From Arcobacteraceae bacterium (GTDB lineage: Bacteria > Campylobacterota > Campylobacteria > Campylobacterales > Arcobacteraceae): DNA of 64,000 nucleotides. The notes below the pieces were generated by a model. It ran no database searches. It was not told the origin of the DNA and saw nothing but the letters and a program-made list of their open reading frames with translations. The first letter of the stretch is position 1, and every line of letters starts with the position of its first letter. Location of the stretch: the NCBI GenBank assembly GCA_963662945.1, contig OY759974.1:896001-960000 (forward strand), written 5' to 3'. A program made the position numbers and the translations under genes. This document shows positions 56,201-64,000 of the stretch, piece by piece.

Positions 56201-59200
56201 TATGTAGTTCTTGTAGCTATAACTTCCCCGGCATCATTTAAAAACTCAATTTGTAAACTTCCATGAGTAAAATGATTAAAATCTAGTTCTATATTTTTTG
56301 TAGTTTCATCTAAAGTGATAGTTGTGCTTGTTCCACTTTCAATAGTTCCTGGTGTATGAGAAAATTCATTTCCTAAAGATTCAAATGTAGTAGTTTCTGT
56401 CGCCTCTTTCATAATTGGATCAGTTTCTACTACATGTGTTACTTCTCTTTGAACCTCTTGTTCAACAAGTACTTTTGGTGCATTTTCATCTATTACATAA
56501 AAATTTCCTTCTGAATCTATTGTATATCCTAGTTCTCTTAATGCATCAGTATCGACTTGATTTGTATCTACCTCTTGATAGTATGAACCATCTCTTTCAT
56601 AGATTCCAGCTTCCTGATTTGCTACTGTATCTACCACATCAACTTGTGCCATTACAACTGTTGCATCACCTACATCAATAGATGCTGTTAAATCATCTGC
56701 TTGTGTATCGTTTGAAACAAAGTTACCAGTTGCAGTATCATATGTACCATCTGCAAATTTTATAGTTTCTACATTTCGTAGCTCTGTAACATCTCCTATT
56801 CCATCTCCATCACTATCACTTGCTGCACCCTCAGTCACTATTATATTTCCTTGTGCATCTGTTGTGATTGTATAATCTGACATATCTTTACCAAATGTTA
56901 CTGTATCGTTTCCATCGCCACCATCGATTACTACACTATCATTTGTGTCATCATTTGTACTTGTTACATATCCATTTTCATTTGTTCCTGAAAGTGTATC
57001 ATCCGTATTGATTGTATCATTTCCACTTCCTGCCATTACAAAGTCATCTGTTGATTCAGTATTTCCATTTGACCAATTTCCATGCCAATAATGTGTTGTA
57101 TCTGTTTGTTCAGTTGTATTTCCTGCACTATCTGTTTCTGTTACACTAAAAAATTCATTATCATTTATTGGTGTTCCTGTTAAATTTTCAATTTGAATAG
57201 ACCAAGTACCATCTGCTTGCACCTCTGTTGTTCCTACTGCTTGATTATCCTCATTGTATAATGTAATTGTATTTCCAACTTCTGCACCAGTTCCAGTCAT
57301 AGTTACTGATGTATAATCACCATCATTATCTACTATATCTGTTATTGATAATAAGTCTGCATCACTTGCCTCAGTATCTACTGTGATATCTCTTGCACCT
57401 TCACTTGTTACTGTGTTACCTGCTGCGTCTGTTGAAGAAACTGATACTGCAACTGAGTTATCAGCTACTAAATCTGTTGTTGCTACATCTACTGAATAAG
57501 TTCCATCTGCACCAACTGTTGTTTCATAATCAGTTCCATTTACTGTTACTGTTACTGTGTCACCCTCAGCGATATCTCCACCGTTTGCAGTTCCACTTAC
57601 TGTGATTGTTGCTTCTCCACTTTCACTAGCATTGATAATATCATCTCCTGCAATTGTAGAAACTGTTACTGTTCCTGCATCTGCTGTTGTATCTACTGTG
57701 ATATCTCTTGCACCTTCACTTGTTACTGTGTTACCTGCTGCGTCTGTTGAAGAAACTGATACTGCAACTGAGTTATCAGCTACTAAATCTGTTGTTGCTA
57801 CATCTACTGAATAAGTTCCATCTGCACCAACTGTTGTTTCATAATCAGTTCCATTTACTGTTACTGTTACTGTGTCACCCTCAGCGATATCTCCACCGTT
57901 TGCAGTTCCACTTACTGTGATTGTTGCTTCTCCACTTTCACTAGCATTGATAATATCATCTCCTGCAATTGTAGAAACTGTTACTGTTCCTGCATCTGCT
58001 GTTGTATCTACTGTGATATCTCTTGCACCTTCACTTGTTACTGTGTTACCTGCTGCGTCTGTTGAAGAAACTGATACTGCAACTGAGTTATCAGCTACTA
58101 AATCTGTTGTTGCTACATCTACTGAATAAGTTCCATCTGCACCAACTGTTGTTTCATAATCAGTTCCATTTACTGTTACTGTTACTGTGTCACCCTCAGC
58201 GATATCTCCACCGTTTGCAGTTCCACTTACTGTGATTGTTGCTTCTCCACTTTCACTAGCATTGATAATATCATCTCCTGCAATTGTAGAAACTGTTACT
58301 GTTCCTGCATCTGCTGTTGTATCTACTGTGATATCTCTTGCACCTTCACTTGTTACTGTGTTACCTGCTGCGTCTGTTGAAGAAACTGATACTGCAACTG
58401 AGTTATCAGCTACTAAATCTGTTGTTGCTACATCTACTGAATAAGTTCCATCTGCACCAACTGTTGTTTCATAATCAGTTCCATTTACTGTTACTGTTAC
58501 TGTGTCACCCTCAGCGATATCTCCACCGTTTGCAGTTCCACTTACTGTGATTGTTGCTTCTCCACTTTCACTAGCATTGATAATATCATCTCCTGCAATT
58601 GTAGAAACTGTTACTGTTCCTGCATCTGCTGTTGTATCTACTGTGATATCTCTTGCACCTTCACTTGTTACTGTGTTACCTGCTGCGTCTGTTGAAGAAA
58701 CTGATACTGCAACTGAGTTATCAGCTACTAAATCTGTTGTTGCTACATCTACTGAATAAGTTCCATCTGCACCAACTGTTGTTTCATAATCAGTTCCATT
58801 TACTGTTACTGTTACTGTGTCACCCTCAGCGATATCTCCACCGTTTGCAGTTCCACTTACTGTGATTGTTGCTTCTCCACTTTCACTAGCATTGATAATA
58901 TCATCTCCTGCAATTGTAGAAACTGTTACTGTTCCTGCATCTGCTGTTGTATCTACTGTGATATCTCTTGCACCTTCACTTGTTACTGTGTTACCTGCTG
59001 CGTCTGTTGAAGAAACTGATACTGCAACTGAGTTATCAGCTACTAAATCTGTTGTTGCTACATCTACTGAATAAGTTCCATCTGCACCAACTGTTGTTTC
59101 ATAATCAGTTCCATTTACTGTTACTGTTACTGTGTCACCCTCAGCGATATCTCCACCGTTTGCAGTTCCACTTACTGTGATTGTTGCTTCTCCACTTTCA

Positions 59201-62200
59201 CTAGCATTGATAATATCATCTCCTGCAATTGTAGAAACTGTTACTGTTCCTGCATCTGCTGTTGTATCTACTGTGATATCTCTTGCACCTTCACTTGTTA
59301 CTGTGTTACCTGCTGCGTCTGTTGAAGAAACTGATACTGCAACTGAGTTATCAGCTACTAAATCTGTTGTTGCTACATCTACTGAATAAGTTCCATCTGC
59401 ACCAACTGTTGTTTCATAATCAGTTCCATTTACTGTTACTGTTACTGTGTCACCCTCAGCGATATCTCCACCGTTTGCAGTTCCACTTACTGTGATTGTT
59501 GCTTCTCCACTTTCACTAGCATTGATAATATCATCTCCTGCAATTGTAGAAACTGTTACTGTTCCTGCATCTGCTGTTGTATCTACTGTGATATCTCTTG
59601 CACCTTCACTTGTTACTGTGTTACCTGCTGCGTCTGTTGAAGAAACTGATACTGCAACTGAGTTATCAGCTACTAAATCTGTTGTTGCTACATCTACTGA
59701 ATAAGTTCCATCTGCACCAACTGTTGTTTCATAATCAGTTCCATTTACTGTTACTGTTACTGTGTCACCCTCAGCGATATCTCCACCGTTTGCAGTTCCA
59801 CTTACTGTGATTGTTGCTTCTCCACTTTCACTAGCATTGATAATATCATCTCCTGCAATTGTAGAAACTGTTACTGTTCCTGCATCTGCTGTTGTATCTA
59901 CTGTGATATCTCTTGCACCTTCACTTGTTACTGTGTTACCTGCTGCGTCTGTTGAAGAAACTGATACTGCAACTGAGTTATCAGCTACTAAATCTGTTGT
60001 TGCTACATCTACTGAATAAGTTCCATCTGCACCAACTGTTGTTTCATAATCAGTTCCATTTACTGTTACTGTTACTGTGTCACCCTCAGCGATATCTCCA
60101 CCGTTTGCAGTTCCACTTACTGTGATTGTTGCTTCTCCACTTTCACTAGCATTGATAATATCATCTCCTGCAATTGTAGAAACTGTTACTGTTCCTGCAT
60201 CTGCTGTTGTATCTACTGTGATATCTCTTGCACCTTCACTTGTTACTGTGTTACCTGCTGCGTCTGTTGAAGAAACTGATACTGCAACTGAGTTATCAGC
60301 TACTAAATCTGTTGTTGCTACATCTACTGAATAAGTTCCATCTGCACCAACTGTTGTTTCATAATCAGTTCCATTTACTGTTACTGTTACTGTGTCACCC
60401 TCAGCGATATCTCCACCGTTTGCAGTTCCACTTACTGTGATTGTTGCTTCTCCACTTTCACTAGCATTGATAATATCATCTCCTGCAATTGTAGAAACTG
60501 TTACTGTTCCTGCATCTGCTGTTGTATCTACTGTGATATCTCTTGCACCTTCACTTGTTACTGTGTTACCTGCTGCGTCTGTTGAAGAAACTGATACTGC
60601 AACTGAGTTATCAGCTACTAAATCTGTTGTTGCTACATCTACTGAATAAGTTCCATCTGCACCAACTGTTGTTTCATAATCAGTTCCATTTACTGTTACT
60701 GTTACTGTGTCACCCTCAGCGATATCTCCACCGTTTGCAGTTCCACTTACTGTGATTGTTGCTTCTCCACTTTCACTAGCATTGATAATATCATCTCCTG
60801 CAATTGTAGAAACTGTTACTGTTCCTGCATCTGCTGTTGTATCTACTGTGATATCTCTTGCACCTTCACTTGTTACTGTGTTACCTGCTGCGTCTGTTGA
60901 AGAAACTGATACTGCAACTGAGTTATCAGCTACTAAATCTGTTGTTGCTACATCTACTGAATAAGTTCCATCTGCACCAACTGTTGTTTCATAATCAGTT
61001 CCATTTACTGTTACTGTTACTGTGTCACCCTCAGCGATATCTCCACCGTTTGCAGTTCCACTTACTGTGATTGTTGCTTCTCCACTTTCACTAGCATTGA
61101 TAATATCATCTCCTGCAATTGTAGAAACTGTTACTGTTCCTGCATCTGCTGTTGTATCTACTGTGATATCTCTTGCACCTTCACTTGTTACTGTGTTACC
61201 TGCTGCGTCTGTTGAAGAAACTGATACTGCAACTGAGTTATCAGCTACTAAATCTGTTGTTGCTACATCTACTGAATAAGTTCCATCTGCACCAACTGTT
61301 GTTTCATAATCAGTTCCATTTACTGTTACTGTTACTGTGTCACCCTCAGCGATATCTCCACCGTTTGCAGTTCCACTTACTGTGATTGTTGCTTCTCCAC
61401 TTTCACTAGCATTGATAATATCATCTCCTGCAATTGTAGAAACTGTTACTGTTCCTGCATCTGCTGTTGTATCTACTGTGATATCTCTTGCACCTTCACT
61501 TGTTACTGTGTTACCTGCTGCGTCTGTTGAAGAAACTGATACTGCAACTGAGTTATCAGCTACTAAATCTGTTGTTGCTACATCTACTGAATAAGTTCCA
61601 TCTGCACCAACTGTTGTTTCATAATCAGTTCCATTTACTGTTACTGTTACTGTGTCACCCTCAGCGATATCTCCACCGTTTGCAGTTCCACTTACTGTGA
61701 TTGTTGCTTCTCCACTTTCACTAGCATTGATAATATCATCTCCTGCAATTGTAGAAACTGTTACTGTTCCTGCATCTGCTGTTGTATCTACTGTGATATC
61801 TCTTGCACCTTCACTTGTTACTGTGTTACCTGCTGCGTCTGTTGAAGAAACTGATACTGCAACTGAGTTATCAGCTACTAAATCTGTTGTTGCTACATCT
61901 ACTGAATAAGTTCCATCTGCACCAACTGTTGTTTCATAATCAGTTCCATTTACTGTTACTGTTACTGTGTCACCCTCAGCGATATCTCCACCGTTTGCAG
62001 TTCCACTTACTGTGATTGTTGCTTCTCCACTTTCACTAGCATTGATAATATCATCTCCTGCAATTGTAGAAACTGTTACTGTTCCTGCATCTGCTGTTGT
62101 ATCTACTGTGATATCTCTTGCACCTTCACTTGTTACTGTGTTACCTGCTGCGTCTGTTGAAGAAACTGATACTGCAACTGAGTTATCAGCTACTAAATCT

Positions 62201-63999
62201 GTTGTTGCTACATCTACTGAATAAGTTCCATCTGCACCAACTGTTGTTTCATAATCAGTTCCATTTACTGTTACTGTTACTGTGTCACCCTCAGCGATAT
62301 CTCCACCGTTTGCAGTTCCACTTACTGTGATTGTTGCTTCTCCACTTTCACTAGCATTGATAATATCATCTCCTGCAATTGTAGAAACTGTTACTGTTCC
62401 TGCATCTGCTGTTGTATCTACTGTGATATCTCTTGCACCTTCACTTGTTACTGTGTTACCTGCTGCGTCTGTTGAAGAAACTGATACTGCAACTGAGTTA
62501 TCAGCTACTAAATCTGTTGTTGCTACATCTACTGAATAAGTTCCATCTGCACCAACTGTTGTTTCATAATCAGTTCCATTTACTGTTACTGTTACTGTGT
62601 CACCCTCAGCGATATCTCCACCGTTTGCAGTTCCACTTACTGTGATTGTTGCTTCTCCACTTTCACTAGCATTGATAATATCATCTCCTGCAATTGTAGA
62701 AACTGTTACTGTTCCTGCATCTGCTGTTGTATCTACTGTGATATCTCTTGCACCTTCACTTGTTACTGTGTTACCTGCTGCGTCTGTTGAAGAAACTGAT
62801 ACTGCAACTGAGTTATCAGCTACTAAATCTGTTGTTGCTACATCTACTGAATAAGTTCCATCTGCACCAACTGTTGTTTCATAATCAGTTCCATTTACTG
62901 TTACTGTTACTGTGTCACCCTCAGCGATATCTCCACCGTTTGCAGTTCCACTTACTGTGATTGTTGCTTCTCCACTTTCACTAGCATTGATAATATCATC
63001 TCCTGCAATTGTAGAAACTGTTACTGTTCCTGCATCTGCTGTTGTATCTACTGTGATATCTCTTGCACCTTCACTTGTTACTGTGTTACCTGCTGCGTCT
63101 GTTGAAGAAACTGATACTGCAACTGAGTTATCAGCTACTAAATCTGTTGTTGCTACATCTACTGAATAAGTTCCATCTGCACCAACTGTTGTTTCATAAT
63201 CAGTTCCATTTACTGTTACTGTTACTGTGTCACCCTCAGCGATATCTCCACCGTTTGCAGTTCCACTTACTGTGATTGTTGCTTCTCCACTTTCACTAGC
63301 ATTGATAATATCATCTCCTGCAATTGTAGAAACTGTTACTGTTCCTGCATCTGCTGTTGTATCTACTGTGATATCTCTTGCACCTTCACTTGTTACTGTG
63401 TTACCTGCTGCGTCTGTTGAAGAAACTGATACTGCAACTGAGTTATCAGCTACTAAATCTGTTGTTGCTACATCTACTGAATAAGTTCCATCTGCACCAA
63501 CTGTTGTTTCATAATCAGTTCCATTTACTGTTACTGTTACTGTGTCACCCTCAGCGATATCTCCACCGTTTGCAGTTCCACTTACTGTGATTGTTGCTTC
63601 TCCACTTTCACTAGCATTGATAATATCATCTCCTGCAATTGTAGAAACTGTTACTGTTCCTGCATCTGCTGTTGTATCTACTGTGATATCTCTTGCACCT
63701 TCACTTGTTACTGTGTTACCTGCTGCGTCTGTTGAAGAAACTGATACTGCAACTGAGTTATCAGCTACTAAATCTGTTGTTGCTACATCTACTGAATAAG
63801 TTCCATCTGCACCAACTGTTGTTTCATAATCAGTTCCATTTACTGTTACTGTTACTGTGTCACCCTCAGCGATATCTCCACCGTTTGCAGTTCCACTTAC
63901 TGTGATTGTTGCTTCTCCACTTTCACTAGCATTGATAATATCATCTCCTGCAATTGTAGAAACTGTTACTGTTCCTGCATCTGCTGTTGTATCTACTGT
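53245..63999 (-). CDS. Giant T1SS-secreted RTX-type adhesin, more than 3584 aa, 5' end outside the window
   Basis: The frame of ORF 53245-57300 stays open through the whole repeat array (no stop and no Met in the unit); RTX-like AGSGNDTI/GGDGNDTV/AGAGNDTI, cadherin-like NDAPEASDD, T1SS-type C-terminus. Confidence 0.92.
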   Translation of the reverse strand, partial: TVDTTADAGTVTVSTIAGDDIINASESGEATITVSGTANGGDIAEGDTVTVTVNGTDYETTVGADGTYSVDVATTDLVADNSVAVSVSSTDAAGNTVTSEGARDITVDTTADAGTVTVSTIAGDDIINASESGEATITVSGTANGGDIAEGDTVTVTVNGTDYETTVGADGTYSVDVATTDLVADNSVAVSVSSTDAAGNTVTSEGARDITVDTTADAGTVTVSTIAGDDIINASESGEATITVSGTANGGDIAEGDTVTVTVNGTDYETTVGADGTYSVDVATTDLVADNSVAVSVSSTDAAGNTVTSEGARDITVDTTADAGTVTVSTIAGDDIINASESGEATITVSGTANGGDIAEGDTVTVTVNGTDYETTVGADGTYSVDVATTDLVADNSVAVSVSSTDAAGNTVTSEGARDITVDTTADAGTVTVSTIAGDDIINASESGEATITVSGTANGGDIAEGDTVTVTVNGTDYETTVGADGTYSVDVATTDLVADNSVAVSVSSTDAAGNTVTSEGARDITVDTTADAGTVTVSTIAGDDIINASESGEATITVSGTANGGDIAEGDTVTVTVNGTDYETTVGADGTYSVDVATTDLVADNSVAVSVSSTDAAGNTVTSEGARDITVDTTADAGTVTVSTIAGDDIINASESGEATITVSGTANGGDIAEGDTVTVTVNGTDYETTVGADGTYSVDVATTDLVADNSVAVSVSSTDAAGNTVTSEGARDITVDTTADAGTVTVSTIAGDDIINASESGEATITVSGTANGGDIAEGDTVTVTVNGTDYETTVGADGTYSVDVATTDLVADNSVAVSVSSTDAAGNTVTSEGARDITVDTTADAGTVTVSTIAGDDIINASESGEATITVSGTANGGDIAEGDTVTVTVNGTDYETTVGADGTYSVDVATTDLVADNSVAVSVSSTDAAGNTVTSEGARDITVDTTADAGTVTVSTIAGDDIINASESGEATITVSGTANGGDIAEGDTVTVTVNGTDYETTVGADGTYSVDVATTDLVADNSVAVSVSSTDAAGNTVTSEGARDITVDTTADAGTVTVSTIAGDDIINASESGEATITVSGTANGGDIAEGDTVTVTVNGTDYETTVGADGTYSVDVATTDLVADNSVAVSVSSTDAAGNTVTSEGARDITVDTTADAGTVTVSTIAGDDIINASESGEATITVSGTANGGDIAEGDTVTVTVNGTDYETTVGADGTYSVDVATTDLVADNSVAVSVSSTDAAGNTVTSEGARDITVDTTADAGTVTVSTIAGDDIINASESGEATITVSGTANGGDIAEGDTVTVTVNGTDYETTVGADGTYSVDVATTDLVADNSVAVSVSSTDAAGNTVTSEGARDITVDTTADAGTVTVSTIAGDDIINASESGEATITVSGTANGGDIAEGDTVTVTVNGTDYETTVGADGTYSVDVATTDLVADNSVAVSVSSTDAAGNTVTSEGARDITVDTTADAGTVTVSTIAGDDIINASESGEATITVSGTANGGDIAEGDTVTVTVNGTDYETTVGADGTYSVDVATTDLVADNSVAVSVSSTDAAGNTVTSEGARDITVDTTADAGTVTVSTIAGDDIINASESGEATITVSGTANGGDIAEGDTVTVTVNGTDYETTVGADGTYSVDVATTDLVADNSVAVSVSSTDAAGNTVTSEGARDITVDTTADAGTVTVSTIAGDDIINASESGEATITVSGTANGGDIAEGDTVTVTVNGTDYETTVGADGTYSVDVATTDLVADNSVAVSVSSTDAAGNTVTSEGARDITVDTTADAGTVTVSTIAGDDIINASESGEATITVSGTANGGDIAEGDTVTVTVNGTDYETTVGADGTYSVDVATTDLVADNSVAVSVSSTDAAGNTVTSEGARDITVDTTADAGTVTVSTIAGDDIINASESGEATITVSGTANGGDIAEGDTVTVTVNGTDYETTVGADGTYSVDVATTDLVADNSVAVSVSSTDAAGNTVTSEGARDITVDTTADAGTVTVSTIAGDDIINASESGEATITVSGTANGGDIAEGDTVTVTVNGTDYETTVGADGTYSVDVATTDLVADNSVAVSVSSTDAAGNTVTSEGARDITVDTTADAGTVTVSTIAGDDIINASESGEATITVSGTANGGDIAEGDTVTVTVNGTDYETTVGADGTYSVDVATTDLVADNSVAVSVSSTDAAGNTVTSEGARDITVDTEASDADLLSITDIVDNDGDYTSVTMTGTGAEVGNTITLYNEDNQAVGTTEVQADGTWSIQIENLTGTPINDNEFFSVTETDSAGNTTEQTDTTHYWHGNWSNGNTESTDDFVMAGSGNDTINTDDTLSGTNENGYVTSTNDDTNDSVVIDGGDGNDTVTFGKDMSDYTITTDAQGNIIVTEGAASDSDGDGIGDVTELRNVETIKFADGTYDTATGNFVSNDTQADDLTASIDVGDATVVMAQVDVVDTVANQEAGIYERDGSYYQEVDTNQVDTDALRELGYTIDSEGNFYVIDENAPKVLVEQEVQREVTHVVETDPIMKEATETTTFESLGNEFSHTPGTIESGTSTTITLDETTKNIELDFNHFTHGSLQIEFLNDAGEVIATRTTYPTGNDERGYGFGEEFSAVRLTANGSDIEVESIQGRGLPETVTVEAGGLVPDYDAMEAAGISWSETEHQTITQSADITNIGNVGNSKVDGFNPEDHESSQVFDFGPDLANRLVTITVEMEVKGSWDNNTTSTNDYFSVSANGKELDVNYYSSNSNANTYESDDVSYLGWDQSETYTYEYQVYLDDNGQAQLDFMVASTASDEIVNVKDIEVTYEGQSGWVKEETTTETYTESVLVDAPAQQVDASEIEGGVPMVSQEIVVEPMMTTEDVVNGYVYPVDISAALSDTDGSESLSVVITGVPEGATLSEGINNGDGTWTISVPEGATSIEDSLTITVPAGIGEFELSIVATGTELSTGDTNTVIDTDIAYIPNDAPEASDDIATTDEDSSVIVDATNNDTDSDGDELSIVAIDGQDVTNGQVATITDTDGNELGTAIVTPNGEVEFTPSQYFATLDQGENTDVTFTYTVSDGVDTDTADITVNVTGVDHEASAPTLDMEIGDAVVTEVNPEQTVTFTDTTTDYVNGGWDTAEYNLGGNTHSVDVTFRNNMGQDDAKVELLDENGNIVDTIVIDVNNGNQVQTITSEEEFSSIKISGNSWSDSFEVIAVSAEVIPIDGNVINSANNYWTNNETINGTEASDIINVGMGDNKEINAGAGNDTIEAPVSLWNNFGTGHNIDGGSGTDTLVIDAPRDNGSVRFNIIDNGDGTHTIQQVGYNAWGEWDLDHYEVTTQNVENIQFRDGIVSLGTDSSIPDNTETVYSYDIDLNAGLTDTDGSETLSDITLNNIPDGATLTDANGNEISANLDGTYTITPNENGDATVTLSAPSELDDDSISGITASVTSTEINGGDTSTVVTNEDNSLDAMGDISDDGDFTFDMDDIDIDFNNIDVDSELAHINSIDMTEGSHEISNLDAQDVLNMTGDNNTLTILGDADDRVSLDSDIWTPGETTIDENGNEFNTFTSTAGSGDELQTIQIMIDSNVQVDQS

Positions 64000-64000
64000 G
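57374..64000 (-). repeat. Tandem array of 315-bp units (21 full copies plus 12 bp visible) encoding 105-aa Ig-like domains
   Basis: Period 315 bp (57374, 57689, ...); unit TTADAGTVTVSTIAGDDIINASESGEATITVSGTANGGDIAEGDTVTVTVNGTDYETTVGADGTYSVDVATTDLVADNSVAVSVSSTDAAGNTVTSEGARDITVD. Confidence 0.98.

Noticed and set aside
53245-57300. 1351-aa ORF as a complete gene starting at 57300
   Set aside because: The frame stays open upstream to the window edge, so 57300 is an internal Met
53245-57300. Ice-binding function for the adhesin
   Set aside because: The resemblance is to extender repeats only; I saw no ice-binding beta-solenoid repeat tract in the C-terminal region
57393-63905. Repeating plus-strand 70-aa and 85-aa ORFs
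   Set aside because: They are antisense shadows of the minus-strand adhesin repeats, with low-complexity translations and no independent evidence
57374-64000. Repeat array as CRISPR or satellite DNA
   Set aside because: There are no spacers, and the 315-bp unit is a multiple of 3 and encodes an in-frame Ig-like domain

Overview
AT-rich chromosomal segment from a Campylobacterota bacterium, most likely Arcobacteraceae; this placement is inferred from gene content and protein style, not from a database search. In order, the window holds: the 3' part of purM; feoAB with a Fur box; sodB; three tRNAs; a frameshifted NFACT/RqcH gene; a complete Sox thiosulfate-oxidation region (soxCD, soxXYZA-lipoprotein, soxB, plus soxW-like, soxH-like, DsrE, MOSC and YeiH accessory genes); CIRCE-controlled groESL; thrS-infC-rpmI-rplT; rnc-aroC; amtB-glnK; a beta-carbonic anhydrase; and one rRNA operon (16S-Ile-Ala-23S-5S, minus strand). 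The right end is the most unusual part. A giant RTX-type adhesin gene, truncated by the window, has at least 21 identical 315-bp Ig-like repeats. It is followed by a tightly packed minus-strand type I secretion operon in which most parts look atypical: a Cache-PAS membrane sensor ending in two degenerate CheC/FliY-like domains, a TolC fused to an OmpA/ZorB-like peptidoglycan-binding domain, an ABC exporter, a HlyD adaptor fused to a PAS domain, a LuxR-type regulator, and an intact tyrosine-recombinase homolog that appears catalytically dead and overlaps mutS2. All domain assignments come from visual motif recognition and need HMM or structure confirmation.
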